DNA of 64,000 bases from positions 129,546 to 193,545 of the forward strand of contig OZ007016.1 in assembly GCA_963931445.1 (NCBI GenBank), in the 5' to 3' direction. Below the pieces are notes generated by a model. It was not told the DNA's origin. It saw nothing but the letters and a program-made list of their open reading frames with translations, and did no database searches. Origin of the DNA: an uncultured Clostridia bacterium (lineage in GTDB: Bacteria > Bacillota > Clostridia > TANB77 > CAG-508). Every line of letters begins with the position of its first letter. Positions within the stretch are counted from its first letter, which is position 1. The translations under genes and the position numbers were made by a program. Below are positions 19,451 to 30,516 of this stretch, one piece after another.

Positions 19451-19515
19451 GCATAGTATTTCCTATACAATAAAAAAAAAGAGAATATTCCATATTCTCT
19501 ATTTTCCGAATCAAA

Positions 19516-20232
19516 TTAAAGTGGCTGTTTTGTAGGTATTCCAGCTTTTCTTGGATATATACTAGGCGTATTTTTTATTTTTCTTATTATAACTATATTT
19601 CTTTGCATTTCTCCTGGTAACTCCATAAAATTTATTTTTTCAATTTTACCTCCTAAAATATTTATTGCATTCTCTGCTTCTTTTATTTCTTCTTCTATAT
19701 TTGGTCCTTTCATACAAATGCAAATTTCATCTTTTTTTACTAAGGGTAACATATATTCAACAAGTACTCTTAAATTAGCAACTGCTCTAGATACAACTAC
19801 ATCAAATTTTTCTCTATAAATATCTATTTTTGCTAAATCTTCTGCTCTTGAATGTATAAGATTTATATTGTTTAAATTTAAATCTTTTTTTACATTTTGT
19901 AAAAAATTTATTCTTTTTCCTAAAGAATCTACTAATGTAAAATTGTTTTGATTATTTAATATCTTTAATGGAATTCCTGGAAATCCAGCCCCTGTACCAA
20001 TATCAATAATATTTCTTTTATTTTTTATATATTTGTTAATACTAATGCTATCAATAAAATGTTTATAAATTATATCTTTTTCTTGTGTAATTGCTGTTAA
20101 GTTTATTTTTTTGTTCCATTCAATTAAAGTTATCATATATTTATATAATTTCTGGGCTTGCTCTTCTGTAATATCAATATCTATTTTTTTTGCAGATTTA
20201 ACTAATTCTTCTTTAAATTCTTTATATTCCAT
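19516..20232 (-). CDS. rsmG: 16S rRNA (guanine527-N7)-methyltransferase RsmG (GidB)
   Basis: SAM-binding motif GTGAGFPGIP. Conserved position downstream of mnmG. Confidence 0.9.
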   Translation of the reverse strand: MEYKEFKEELVKSAKKIDIDITEEQAQKLYKYMITLIEWNKKINLTAITQEKDIIYKHFIDSISINKYIKNKRNIIDIGTGAGFPGIPLKILNNQNNFTLVDSLGKRINFLQNVKKDLNLNNINLIHSRAEDLAKIDIYREKFDVVVSRAVANLRVLVEYMLPLVKKDEICICMKGPNIEEEIKEAENAINILGGKIEKINFMELPGEMQRNIVIIRKIKNTPSIYPRKAGIPTKQPL

Positions 20233-20252
20233 AAATTAAGTCTTCCTCCATA

Positions 20253-22136
20253 TTATTTATTTTTCAATTTTACTTGTTCTAAATATATTAAAAGTACTGA
20301 TATGTCAGCAGGAGAAACTCCTGATATTCTTGATGCTTGACCTATTGAATTTGGTTTTATTTTATCTAGTTTTTGCCTTGCTTCTAATCTAAGCCCTTTA
20401 ATTGTATTATATTCTATATCTTTTGGTAATAATTTTTCTTCTAAAGCTTTAAATTTTTTTACTTGATCTTCTTGTAGTTTTATATATCCTTCATATTTTA
20501 CTTGTATTTCTACTTCTGTAGCAACATCATCTGGTAAATTTGGTCTATTTTTATCTATTTCTATTAATTTCTTATAAGAAAGTTCGCTTCTTTTAATTAA
20601 ATCAGATAATCTTACTCCATTTGTTATTTTTGATGTGTTGTTTTTATTTAAAAATTCGTTAACTTCGGCTGTAGGCTTGATTATAGTATTATTTAATCTA
20701 TTAATTTCCTTAGTAATTTTATCTTTTTTGTCTAAGAATTTCTCATATCTTTGTTTTGAAATTAATCCTATCTCATATCCCAATTTTGTTAATCGCAAAT
20801 CTGCATTATCTTGCCTTAATAGTAGTCTATACTCAGCTCTTGATGTCATCATTCTATATGGTTCATTTGTTCCTTTTGTTACTATATCATCTATAAGAAC
20901 TCCTATATATGCTTGTGATCTATCTAATATTATAGGTTCTTTTCTACCCAATTTTCTTGCAGCATTAATTCCTGCTATTAATCCTTGTACTGCTGCCTCT
21001 TCATAACCAGATGTTCCATTTATTTGTCCTGCGAAAAACATTCCACTTATATATTTATGTTCTAATGATAATTTCAATTCTGAAGGCTCTATGCAATCAT
21101 ATTCTATGGCATATGCGGGTCTTGTAAATTCTGCTTTTTCAAGTCCGGGAATTGTTCTATACATTGCTATTTGAACATCTTCTGGTAAAGAAGAACTCAT
21201 TCCTTGTATATACATTTCATCTGTATCTCTTCCAATTGGCTCTACAAAAATCTGATGTCTTTCTTTATCTGCAAACCTTACTACCTTGTCTTCTATTGAT
21301 GGACAATATCTTGGACCTGTACCTTCAATTTTTCCTGCATATAATGGAGACCTATTTAAATTAGCTCTTATTATATCATGCGTTTTTTGATTTGTATATG
21401 TTAAATAACATGGTAATTGTTCTACATTTTCATCTAATTTATCTTCAAATGAAAAAGCTTCTGGTTTATGATCTCCTTCTTGAATTTCCATTTTTGAAAA
21501 ATCAATACTGTTTTTATTTATTCTAGCAGGTGTTCCCGTTTTAAATCTTACTAATTTTATTCCTATATTTTTTAATATGTCTGACAATCGATTTGCGGGA
21601 AATACTCCATCTGGTCCACTCTCAAATGCATTTTCTCCTATGAATATTTTTCCTTTCAAATATGTACCTGTAGCTAGAATCACACTATCAACATAGTAAA
21701 TAGCACCTATGTTAGTTTTAACATAAGTAACTTTATTATTTTCAACTCCTATATCAACTATTTCAGCTTGTTTTAAATATAAATTTTTTTGTTTTTCTAA
21801 TGTATGCTTCATTTCTGCTTGATACTTTTTTCTATCTGCTTGTGCCCTCAATGAATAAACAGCTGGGCCTTTAGAGGTATTTAACATTCTTATTTGTGTA
21901 TATGATTTGTCTATATTCTTTCCCATTTCTCCACCAAGACAATCTAGTTCTTTTACTAGATGGCCTTTTGAGCTTCCTCCAATATGTGGATTACATGGCA
22001 TATTAGCCACAGCTTCAAGACTTATAGAAAATACCAGTGTTTTAAATCCTAATCTTGCTGCAGCCAATCCTGCTTCACAGCCTGCATGACCTGCTCCTAT
22101 TACTGCTATATCAAATTTTCCAGCATTATATTCCAT
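20253..22136 (-). CDS. mnmG: tRNA uridine 5-carboxymethylaminomethyl modification enzyme MnmG (GidA)
   Basis: FAD-binding motif [11 protein letters not shown]. 627 aa. Confidence 0.95.
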   Translation of the reverse strand: MEYNAGKFDIAVIGAGHAGCEAGLAAARLGFKTLVFSISLEAVANMPCNPHIGGSSKGHLVKELDCLGGEMGKNIDKSYTQIRMLNTSKGPAVYSLRAQADRKKYQAEMKHTLEKQKNLYLKQAEIVDIGVENNKVTYVKTNIGAIYYVDSVILATGTYLKGKIFIGENAFESGPDGVFPANRLSDILKNIGIKLVRFKTGTPARINKNSIDFSKMEIQEGDHKPEAFSFEDKLDENVEQLPCYLTYTNQKTHDIIRANLNRSPLYAGKIEGTGPRYCPSIEDKVVRFADKERHQIFVEPIGRDTDEMYIQGMSSSLPEDVQIAMYRTIPGLEKAEFTRPAYAIEYDCIEPSELKLSLEHKYISGMFFAGQINGTSGYEEAAVQGLIAGINAARKLGRKEPIILDRSQAYIGVLIDDIVTKGTNEPYRMMTSRAEYRLLLRQDNADLRLTKLGYEIGLISKQRYEKFLDKKDKITKEINRLNNTIIKPTAEVNEFLNKNNTSKITNGVRLSDLIKRSELSYKKLIEIDKNRPNLPDDVATEVEIQVKYEGYIKLQEDQVKKFKALEEKLLPKDIEYNTIKGLRLEARQKLDKIKPNSIGQASRISGVSPADISVLLIYLEQVKLKNK

Positions 22137-22398
22137 TTTTTTACTCCTTACTTAATTTTTTAATATGAAACTGATTATATATCAATCAAACAATATTATT
22201 ATCTTTTAAATATTAATATGTTTTTTTAATATTTCTAATTTAAACTACTTTGTTTATTTTCGTTTGTTTTTGTCTTTTTGTCAATTTTGTATATGTGTCG
22301 AATTTTGTCGACTCTTCAAAGTCTTTACTTAACTCATTTGTAAACATATACTATTTTCGTTTTTTGTCGTATTTTTGTTCTGTTTGTCAAAAAGTAAA

Positions 22399-23778
22399 TT
22401 ATTTACCTAGACAAAACTTGGAAAATATTGTATTAATTATGTCTTCTGATACATTATCTCCGGTAATTTCTCCTAAAACTTCTAATATGTTTTTAATATA
22501 AATAGCTATAATATCTACTGTCATACTATCATTTATATTTACAATCGCATTTTGAGTATATTCAATAGCTTTGTGTATTATATTTTTATGTCTAATATTA
22601 GTAATAACAATTCCATCATTTAAATTTATTTCTTTGTTTTGAAATAAAGAAACTATTTCATCATATAAATTTTCTATTCCTTCTTTTGTCTTCATAGATG
22701 CCTTTATAACGGTTTTATTTATTTTAGATATATAATTTATTGTTTCATTATTTTTTTGGCTTAAATCGCTTTTATTTAACAAAATAATTGCTTTTTTATT
22801 TTTAATAAAATTTAATATTTCAAAATCTTCTTTTTCTAATTTTTTAGAACTATCAAAAATTGCAATTATTAAATCTGCCTCATCTATTAGATTAATTGCT
22901 TTTTCTACACCTATTTTTTCTACAAAATCATCTGTATTTCTTATTCCTGCTGTATCAATTATTTTTAATGGAATACCTTTTATATTAACAAATTCTTCAA
23001 TTGTATCTCGTGTTGTACCTTCTATTTCGCTTACAATTGCTCTATCTTCATCTAAAATAGTGTTTAATAAAGAGGATTTTCCTGAGTTCGGTTTCCCAAT
23101 TATTACTGTTTTTAATCCATCTTTTAAGATTTTACCTGAATTAAAGCTTTCTTCTAATAATTTTAATTTTTCTTTTATTTTATTTAATAAATTTTCAGCT
23201 TTTGAATATGTTGTTTCTTCTATATCATATTCTGGATAATCAATTGAAGCTTCTATGTCTGCCATAATACTTAATAATTCTTCTCTAATTGATTCTATTT
23301 CTTTAGATAATTTTCCTTGTAATTGATTAAAAGAAGCCTCTGCTTCTCTATCTGTTTTTGCATTAATTATATCTATTACAGACTCTGCTTGTGATAAATC
23401 TATTCTTCCATTTAAAAATGCTTTTTTAGTAAATTCTCCTGGTTTAGCTAACTCTGCACCATTTAATAAACATTGTTCCAATATTCTTCTTTCTACAATT
23501 ATTCCTCCGTGTGAATTAATTTCACACATATTTTCTGTTGTATAGCTTTTTGGAGCACGAAAAAAAGATACTAATACTTCATCTATTTTTTCTTTTGTCT
23601 TAAAATCTATAATATACCCATATTTTATAGTATAACCTTCTACTTGTTCCACATCTACTTTTTTATTTACTGGTACAAATATTTTCTTTAATATTTTAAA
23701 ACATTCTTCTCCACTCATACGAATAATTCCAATTCCGCCAGTCCCTGTTGCAGTTGATATTGCTGCGATTGTCCCCAT
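22399..23778 (-). CDS. mnmE: tRNA modification GTPase MnmE (TrmE). The tool ORF opens at 23793; start taken at MGTIAAI, which follows SD aaaggag.
   Basis: G-domain motifs GKPNSGKSSLLN and DTAG. C-terminal CLGK. Confidence 0.95.
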   Translation of the reverse strand: MGTIAAISTATGTGGIGIIRMSGEECFKILKKIFVPVNKKVDVEQVEGYTIKYGYIIDFKTKEKIDEVLVSFFRAPKSYTTENMCEINSHGGIIVERRILEQCLLNGAELAKPGEFTKKAFLNGRIDLSQAESVIDIINAKTDREAEASFNQLQGKLSKEIESIREELLSIMADIEASIDYPEYDIEETTYSKAENLLNKIKEKLKLLEESFNSGKILKDGLKTVIIGKPNSGKSSLLNTILDEDRAIVSEIEGTTRDTIEEFVNIKGIPLKIIDTAGIRNTDDFVEKIGVEKAINLIDEADLIIAIFDSSKKLEKEDFEILNFIKNKKAIILLNKSDLSQKNNETINYISKINKTVIKASMKTKEGIENLYDEIVSLFQNKEINLNDGIVITNIRHKNIIHKAIEYTQNAIVNINDSMTVDIIAIYIKNILEVLGEITGDNVSEDIINTIFSKFCLGK

Positions 23779-23883
23779 AAAATCTCCTTTCAAATTTAAA
23801 AAATCAAAGTAAAATATAATAGCATAATATAAGATATTCTATCTTATACTTTACTAAAATCTTCACTTTGACTTCCGATTTTT

Positions 23884-24588
23884 TTATTTTTTTGATATTA
23901 CTATTTTTCTATATGGTTCTTCACCAATGCTATATGTTTTTACCTTATTACTTGCTTGCAATCTGCTATGAATTATTTTTCTTTCATAAGCCATCATTGG
24001 CTCTAAAGTAATAGATTTTCCTGTTTTTAAAACAGTTTTAGATATTTTATCTGCTAATTCTTCTAATGCTTTTTCTCTTTTTTCTCTGTAATTACTAATA
24101 TTTAATACTACTCTTACATTTTGTTTTGAATTTTTATTAGCAATTGAATTTAATATTATTTGAAGAGAATTTAAAGTTTCTCCTCTATATCCTATTAGTT
24201 TTTTTGCTTCTTCCCCGTTTATATCTACTTTTATAAATCCATTTTCCAAATCTGTTGTTATTGTATATTCTAAATTTTTAAAATTTTCAATAAATTGTTT
24301 TAAAAATTTAATTAGTTCATTTTTACTATCTTCTAATTGTTCTTTATCTATATTTCTCTCTATATGATTTTCCTTTAATTTATTTGAATTTCTATGATTT
24401 TCAATATCTTGCTTCAAAGTTAGTTCTACTTTTACTATCCTTGGAGACAATATACTAAAAAAGCTTCTTTTTTCATGTTCTTCAATTACTTTTATATCAA
24501 CTCTATCTTTTGAAACATTTAATTGTTTTAATCCGTTTGATATTGCTTCTGAAGTAGTTTTTCCCTCTGATATAATAGATTTAAGCAT
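23884..24588 (-). CDS. jag: Jag/KhpB (KH + R3H RNA-binding protein, SpoIIIJ-associated)
   Basis: Conserved position next to yidC. R3H-like C-terminus. Confidence 0.8.
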   Translation of the reverse strand: MLKSIISEGKTTSEAISNGLKQLNVSKDRVDIKVIEEHEKRSFFSILSPRIVKVELTLKQDIENHRNSNKLKENHIERNIDKEQLEDSKNELIKFLKQFIENFKNLEYTITTDLENGFIKVDINGEEAKKLIGYRGETLNSLQIILNSIANKNSKQNVRVVLNISNYREKREKALEELADKISKTVLKTGKSITLEPMMAYERKIIHSRLQASNKVKTYSIGEEPYRKIVISKK

Positions 24589-25441
24589 TTTCGTTTTCCT
24601 CCTTGTGTTTCATAAATAAATCTATAAATAACTTTTCAATAATCATTAGTAAATTACTTACAAACCAATATAATGCTAATCCTAATGGAGCTATAAATGC
24701 TATAAACACAGACATTAATGGTAACATATACATCATATTTTTGTTCATTGCTTCCATAGCTTCTAATTCGCTTGGTTCATTTTGAATTTCATTATTTTTT
24801 CCATCTGTTATAGCTTTATTTTTATTATTCTTTTTGCTGTTTAAATTATTTGTAATTTTTATTGATACTACTGATGAAATAACATATAGAATTGGAATAA
24901 TATATACAGTCCAATCATTTAAATTACTGCTTGGAACTTTACTTAAATCTAATCCTATAAAATTCATGTTTAAGTTAACTCTTTCATCTTGTAATCCAAA
25001 TTTATTTATTATTTCTATTTCTTTATATGTAGATTGATTTTGTTCTTGTTCTAATGTTTTCTTATATTCATTAATAACATTCACATCTATTTTTTTCATA
25101 TATGTTAATGGCTGACTAACTAGCCAAAAAACAGAAAGAATTATAACAATTTGAATTATAGAGCTAAAACATCCTGCAAAAGGACTTAATTTTTCTCTTT
25201 TATATAAATCTATTGTTTCTTGATTTAATTTTTCAGGATTATTTTTATATTTTCTTTGTATTTCTTTCATTTCTTCTTGAAGTTCTGCTGACTTTTTAAG
25301 AGACTTTTGTTGTTTTATTGTAATTGGTATTAATATAATTCTTAATATTACTGAAAATACAATTATAGCAATACCATAATTATTAAATACTGAATATAAA
25401 GCATTTAATAAATATCCGAATAAATTTGAAATTGCTCCCAT
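24581..25441 (-). CDS. yidC: membrane protein insertase YidC/SpoIIIJ/OxaA
   Basis: Polytopic membrane protein between yidD and jag. Confidence 0.85.
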   Translation of the reverse strand: MGAISNLFGYLLNALYSVFNNYGIAIIVFSVILRIILIPITIKQQKSLKKSAELQEEMKEIQRKYKNNPEKLNQETIDLYKREKLSPFAGCFSSIIQIVIILSVFWLVSQPLTYMKKIDVNVINEYKKTLEQEQNQSTYKEIEIINKFGLQDERVNLNMNFIGLDLSKVPSSNLNDWTVYIIPILYVISSVVSIKITNNLNSKKNNKNKAITDGKNNEIQNEPSELEAMEAMNKNMMYMLPLMSVFIAFIAPLGLALYWFVSNLLMIIEKLFIDLFMKHKEENENA

Positions 25442-25452
25442 ATTTCCTCCAA

Positions 25453-25671
25453 TTATTTTAATGGATCATATCCACCTTTTGAAAATGGATTACACCTTAA
25501 TAATCTTTTTATTCCTATAAAAGTTCCCTTTATTGCACCATATTTTTCAATAGCTTGTTTCATATACTCTGAACAAGTAGGATAATATTTACACTCTATT
25601 CCTATAAACTTAAAAATTGGTGAAATAAATTTTTTATAAAGTTTTAACAAGAAAAGTAAAATATTTTTCAT
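25453..25671 (-). CDS. yidD: membrane protein insertion efficiency factor YidD
   Basis: YYPTCSEY...[12 protein letters not shown] signature. Confidence 0.85.
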   Translation of the reverse strand: MKNILLFLLKLYKKFISPIFKFIGIECKYYPTCSEYMKQAIEKYGAIKGTFIGIKRLLRCNPFSKGGYDPLK

Positions 25672-25684
25672 AACATACTCTCTA

Positions 25685-26023
25685 TTATATAAGATTTGCC
25701 ATTTTTAATTTTTTTATCATATCATTTTTTATAATATGAAAATCAGCATTCTCTGGCTTTTCTTTTTTATTCCATAAAAAAACTATATTATAACCCTGTT
25801 TTAAATTATTTTTTATCAATATGTAGTTTTCTCTAATTAGCCTTTTTATTTTGTTTCTTTGAACTGCATTACATTTTCTCGAGCTTACGGCTATACCAAT
25901 TACATTAAACTCTTCTTTATTTTTTAAAACATATATAGATATTTGTTTTCCTATATAAAATTTTCCATTTGACAACACATTTTTAAATTCATAATTTTTC
26001 TTTAATGTTTTTATTTTTCTCAT
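25685..26023 (-). CDS. rnpA: RNase P protein component. The tool ORF opens at 26032; start taken at [16 protein letters not shown].
   Basis: RLKKN-like N-terminus and position after rpmH. Confidence 0.85.
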   Translation of the reverse strand: MRKIKTLKKNYEFKNVLSNGKFYIGKQISIYVLKNKEEFNVIGIAVSSRKCNAVQRNKIKRLIRENYILIKNNLKQGYNIVFLWNKKEKPENADFHIIKNDMIKKLKMANLI

Positions 26024-26074
26024 TAAAATCACTCATATTTCCAAAAAAAGATCACTTTTAAGTGACCTAAAATT

Positions 26075-26209
26075 TTACGCACTTAGTTTTTTTCTTCCTT
26101 TTGCACGTCTTGCTTTTAATACATTTCTTCCTGATTTAGTTTTCATTCTTTTCATAAAACCATGTTCTTTTTGTTCTTGTCTTTTTTTTGGTTGAAAAGT
26201 TCTTTTCAT
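26075..26209 (-). CDS. rpmH: 50S ribosomal protein L34
   Basis: Hand translation [44 protein letters not shown] with SD ggaggtg. This ORF is absent from the supplied track because it is shorter than 60 aa. Confidence 0.9.
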   Translation of the reverse strand: MKRTFQPKKRQEQKEHGFMKRMKTKSGRNVLKARRAKGRKKLSA

Positions 26210-26339
26210 TTTGCACCTCCCATAATATATAACCAATTTTGGATTTTTTTAATAATAAGCTTTATTATTATATATCAAAATGCTTGCTAAGTCAATATTA
26301 AATAAAGATTTTTTAAATAAATATTTTTTTTTATTGACT

Positions 26340-26390
26340 ATTTTGTGGATTATTTGATATTATATAACAATATTGTGGATAATTATGTGT
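26340..26390 (+). promoter_or_regulatory. DnaA boxes upstream of dnaA (oriC upstream part)
   Basis: tgtggataa (reverse complement of the TTATCCACA consensus) at 26379-26387. A one-mismatch box tgtggatta lies about 30 bp upstream. Confidence 0.6.
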
Positions 26391-26450
26391 ATAATTTTAT
26401 ACATCATATATATATAACTATATCATAATATTTTGGAAGGATTGAAAATA

Positions 26451-27791
26451 ATGCCAAAAGAAGAATTGAATGAACTTTTAACAAAAGCAAAAGAACTTTT
26501 AAAAAATGAAGTTACAAAAATTGCCTATGAGACTTGGATAAGAGATTTAGATATTGAAAGTGTTGAAAATAATAACATTGTTTTAATTGCTAATAATGCA
26601 TTTCAAAAAGAATCTATACTTTCAAGATATCATGATTTATTTAAAAATACTTTTAAATATATTACCAATAGAAATTGTGAAATAACTGTAATTCTTAAAG
26701 ATGATGTTTCTGAAGAAGAATTGCAAGTTGCTAAACAATTATCTAATACACCTAATGCTTATCCAAATTCAACATTAAACCCTAAATATACATTTGAAAG
26801 TTTTGTTGTTGGTAATAATAATAGATTTGCACATGCTGCTGCTCTTGCAGTAGCAGAAGCTCCAGCAACTGCATATAATCCACTTTTTATTTATGGTGGT
26901 GTAGGGCTTGGAAAAACACATTTAATGCAAGCAATTGCAAATGAAATATTATTAAATAATAGAAATGCTAAAATTTTATATGTTACTTCAGAAACATTTA
27001 CTAATCAACTAATTAATGCTATTAAAGATGGAAAATGTGAAATGTTTAGAAATAAGTATAGAAATATAGATGTTCTTTTAATTGATGATATTCAATTTAT
27101 AGCTGGAAAGGAAAGAATTCAAGAAGAATTTTTCCACACTTTTAATACATTACATGAAAATGGAAAACAAATTATTCTTTCTAGCGATAAACCTCCTAAA
27201 GATATAAATCTAATAGAAGATAGACTAAAATCTAGATTTGAATGGGGGTTAATAGCTGATATTTCTAATCCAGATTATGAAACAAGATTAGCAATTCTTA
27301 GAAAGAAAGCTCAATTAGATAGCATAATAATTGACGATGAAATCTTAAGTGATATAGCTACTAAAATAGATTCAAACATAAGAGAATTAGAAGGAATTCT
27401 TAATAAACTAATTGCTAATGCTTCATTAACAAACTGTCAAATAACTATGGAAATGGCTGAGAAATCGATTAATGATGTTATTACAAAAAAAGATAAAGTA
27501 TTATCATTAGAGTTAATACAAGAAACAATTTCAAAATATTTTAATATAACAGTAGAAGAGTTAAAGGGTGTTAAAAGGTCAAATGATGTTACTTTTCCAA
27601 GACAAATTGCAATGTATTTATGTAGAAATGTTGCACAATTGCCATTAACTAAGATAGGAGCTGGTTTTGGAAAAAGAGATCATACAACTGTAATACACGC
27701 ATGTTCAAAAATAGAAAAAGAAATACAAAATAATGTAAGTACAAAAAGAATTGTGGAAAGTGTGAAAAACATATTACTAAATGACAAGTAA
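26451..27791 (+). CDS. dnaA: chromosomal replication initiator DnaA. The tool ORF opens at 26433; start taken at MPKEEL, which follows SD ggaagga.
   Basis: AAA+ Walker A GGVGLGKTHL. C-terminal DnaA-box-binding helix. Confidence 0.95.
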   Translation: MPKEELNELLTKAKELLKNEVTKIAYETWIRDLDIESVENNNIVLIANNAFQKESILSRYHDLFKNTFKYITNRNCEITVILKDDVSEEELQVAKQLSNTPNAYPNSTLNPKYTFESFVVGNNNRFAHAAALAVAEAPATAYNPLFIYGGVGLGKTHLMQAIANEILLNNRNAKILYVTSETFTNQLINAIKDGKCEMFRNKYRNIDVLLIDDIQFIAGKERIQEEFFHTFNTLHENGKQIILSSDKPPKDINLIEDRLKSRFEWGLIADISNPDYETRLAILRKKAQLDSIIIDDEILSDIATKIDSNIRELEGILNKLIANASLTNCQITMEMAEKSINDVITKKDKVLSLELIQETISKYFNITVEELKGVKRSNDVTFPRQIAMYLCRNVAQLPLTKIGAGFGKRDHTTVIHACSKIEKEIQNNVSTKRIVESVKNILLNDK

Positions 27792-27879
27792 TTGTGTATA
27801 ACCACTTTGAATAACTTTTATAAAAAATATGTTTGATAAAAAAGTGTTTGATTAAAAGTTGTTCAATCTTTACTTACGG

Positions 27880-28104
27880 AACAGCAAGAAAGACTATCCA
27901 CATATATATGTGAAAAGTCTGTTAATAAACTGTTGATAAGTTAGTTATACACATTTCAAAAAATTTTTTGTAGATAACTTTTTAATTTATCCACTAAGTT
28001 ATACACATAAATATTATTAGGGAGATAAGGTTTCCACATAGTTTTCCACATTATCCACATAACCTACTACTACTACTACTAAAATTATTTATATTATATA
28101 AAAA
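27880..28104 (+). promoter_or_regulatory. oriC downstream part: DnaA-box cluster, a (CTA)6 DnaA-trio element (28064-28081) and an AT-rich DUE (28082-28104)
   Basis: Boxes ctatccaca (27895), ttatccact (27990) and ttatccaca (28051-28059), then cc + ctactactactactacta, then aaaattatttatattatataaaaa immediately before the dnaN SD. Confidence 0.65.
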
Positions 28105-28118
28105 GGAGAGATTGCAAA

Positions 28119-29237
28119 ATGAAACTTATTTGTGAAAAGGATAATATCCTTAAAGCACTTAATTCCGTAATAAAAGCTGTAGCTACAAAAACTACAATGC
28201 CTATATTAGAAGGAATATTAATTCAAACTAATGATAATGAAGTAAAATTTACAACATATGATTTAGAAATGGGAATTGAATATATAACAAATTGTGAAGT
28301 AAAAGAACAAGGAGCAACAGTTGTTAATGCAATAATGTTTAGTGAAATTATAAGAAGATTACCAGATTCTGAAATAAAGATATCTACAGATGATAAAAAT
28401 TTGTTAGTTATAGAATGTGAAGGATCTTTATATAAGTTAGCAACTATGAATCCAGATGAATTTCCAGAATTACCACAAATAAATATAGAAAATTCTATAG
28501 AAATAGAACAAAATTCATTAAAGGATATGATAAGAAAAACTATATTTGCAGTTAGTACAGAAGAAAATAGACCAATTTTTACAGGATGTTTATTTGAAAT
28601 AAAGAACAATAAATTAAATGTAGTAGCAGTTGATGGATTTAGATTAGCATGGAAAAGCAAATTTTTACAAAATAAAATAAATGATTTTTCAGCAGTTATT
28701 CCTGGAAGAACTTTAAATGAGATAAACAAAATTATAGTTGATTCATATGACATTATTAAAATTGGAATAGCTAAAAATCAAGCTTTATTCGAAATGGAAA
28801 ACTGTAAAATAGTTACTAGATTATTAGATGGAGAATTTTTAAATTATTCAAGTGTAATTCCAGAAAATTGGGAAACAAGAATAAGAGTTGATAAATCTAA
28901 TATTCAAAATTGCTTTGAAAGAATAAGTTTAATTTCATCTTCAAGTATTGAAAAGGAAAAGAAATATCCAGTAAAAGTAAATATAGATATTGGAAAAGTA
29001 ACTATTTCTTGTACAAATCAAACAGGTGATGCAAAAGAAGAAATGTATGTTACTACAGAAGGGAAAAATTTAGAAGCAGGATTTAATCCTAAATATTTTC
29101 TAGATGCATTAAGAAATATAGATGATCAAGAGGTATATATTGATTTTGGTACAAGTATATCTCCATGTATTATAAGACCTACTCAAGAAGGTGGAGATTA
29201 TATTTATATGGTTCTTCCAATTAGAATGAAAGAATAA
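28119..29237 (+). CDS. dnaN: DNA polymerase III beta sliding clamp
   Basis: 372 aa, N-terminus MKLICEKDNILKALNSV, follows dnaA. Confidence 0.95.
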   Translation: MKLICEKDNILKALNSVIKAVATKTTMPILEGILIQTNDNEVKFTTYDLEMGIEYITNCEVKEQGATVVNAIMFSEIIRRLPDSEIKISTDDKNLLVIECEGSLYKLATMNPDEFPELPQINIENSIEIEQNSLKDMIRKTIFAVSTEENRPIFTGCLFEIKNNKLNVVAVDGFRLAWKSKFLQNKINDFSAVIPGRTLNEINKIIVDSYDIIKIGIAKNQALFEMENCKIVTRLLDGEFLNYSSVIPENWETRIRVDKSNIQNCFERISLISSSSIEKEKKYPVKVNIDIGKVTISCTNQTGDAKEEMYVTTEGKNLEAGFNPKYFLDALRNIDDQEVYIDFGTSISPCIIRPTQEGGDYIYMVLPIRMKE

Positions 29238-29433
29238 ACTAGTTTGAAAAATAATGAATAAAATAAATATTAACAGTTTTACTGAAAATACTTAACAAGT
29301 TATCCACAAACATGTGAATAACTTGTGATAAAACAATAAACAACTGTAAATAATCTCAATAAAACAAATATTTTAAATGTGAAGTATTATAATTAATATT
29401 TAAAATTACTTAAAGTTGCAAAGGACTAAAAAA

Positions 29434-30504
29434 ATGTACATAGAAAAAATAAAATTAAATAATTTTAGAAATTATGAAAATTTAGAAATTAATTTGAATA
29501 AAAATCTAAATATTTTTTATGGAGATAATGCACAAGGAAAAACTAATATTTTAGAAGCAATATTTTTATGCAGCTTAGGAAAATCTTTTAGAACAAATAA
29601 AGAAAAGGAAATGATAAGATTTAATAATGAAAAATCTTTAATAGAAGTATTTTATCAAAAAAAAGATAGAGATGGAAAAATTAAAATTGAACTTAGTGAA
29701 AAAAAACAAATTAGTTTAAATGGAATAAAAATAAAAAAATTAAGTGAACTATTAGGAAATATCAATACAGTTATTTTTACGCCAGAAGATATAAACATTT
29801 TAAAAGATGGACCTCAAAGAAGAAGAAGATTTTTAGATTTAATGATAGGACAATTAAGACCAAATTATGTATATAATTTAAATTCGTATTTAAAAATTAT
29901 TGAACAGAGAAATAATTATTTAAGACAAATACGAGAAGAACATAAACCAGAGGAAATGCTCGAAATTTGGGATGAAAAATTAGCAGAATACAGTGAGAAA
30001 ATTTATATTTATAGAAAAGAATTTATAGAAAAAATTATAAATAAAATAAATCAAATTCATAGTAAGATAACAAATGAAAAAGAAATAATAAAAATTGAAT
30101 ATATTTCAAACTGTGAAAAAAAGGAAAATTATTTAAAATTATTAAAAGAAAGAAGAAAATTAGATATTATAAAAGGTTTTACAACAAAGGGTGTACATAG
30201 AGATGATTTTATGATATATATTAATGGTAAAGAAGTAAATATTTATGGTTCTCAAGGGCAAAATAGAACAGTTATATTATCTTTAAAACTTGCAGAACTT
30301 AATGTTATTTATGATGAAATAGGAGAATACCCAATTTTATTATTAGATGATTTTATGTCTGAGCTAGATGAAAATAGAAGAAAAAATTTTTTAAATAATA
30401 TTAAAAATGCACAAGTAATATTAACAGGTACAGAAAAAATAGATTTACCAAATTTAGAATATAATTTATTTAATGTAAAAAAAGGAATTATATTTAAAAA
30501 TTAA
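29434..30504 (+). CDS. recF: DNA replication/repair protein RecF. The tool ORF opens at 29416; start taken at MYIEKIKLNNFRNY.
   Basis: Walker A GDNAQGKTNILEA. SMC-like signature near the C-terminus. Confidence 0.9.
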   Translation: MYIEKIKLNNFRNYENLEINLNKNLNIFYGDNAQGKTNILEAIFLCSLGKSFRTNKEKEMIRFNNEKSLIEVFYQKKDRDGKIKIELSEKKQISLNGIKIKKLSELLGNINTVIFTPEDINILKDGPQRRRRFLDLMIGQLRPNYVYNLNSYLKIIEQRNNYLRQIREEHKPEEMLEIWDEKLAEYSEKIYIYRKEFIEKIINKINQIHSKITNEKEIIKIEYISNCEKKENYLKLLKERRKLDIIKGFTTKGVHRDDFMIYINGKEVNIYGSQGQNRTVILSLKLAELNVIYDEIGEYPILLLDDFMSELDENRRKNFLNNIKNAQVILTGTEKIDLPNLEYNLFNVKKGIIFKN

Positions 30505-30516
30505 TGAGGTGTTTAT

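Noticed and set aside
22137-22398. The mnmE-mnmG spacer as an independent mobile element
   Set aside because: Only about 35 bp resemble the IS end and there is no transposase or second terminus. It is most likely a relic or a shared motif, so it is mentioned under the IS finding rather than called as a feature.
26041-26070. Hairpin gatcactt..aagtgacc between rpmH and rnpA as a terminator
   Set aside because: rpmH and rnpA are normally co-transcribed. The stem is short and imperfect and there is no clear U-tract, so it was left uncalled.
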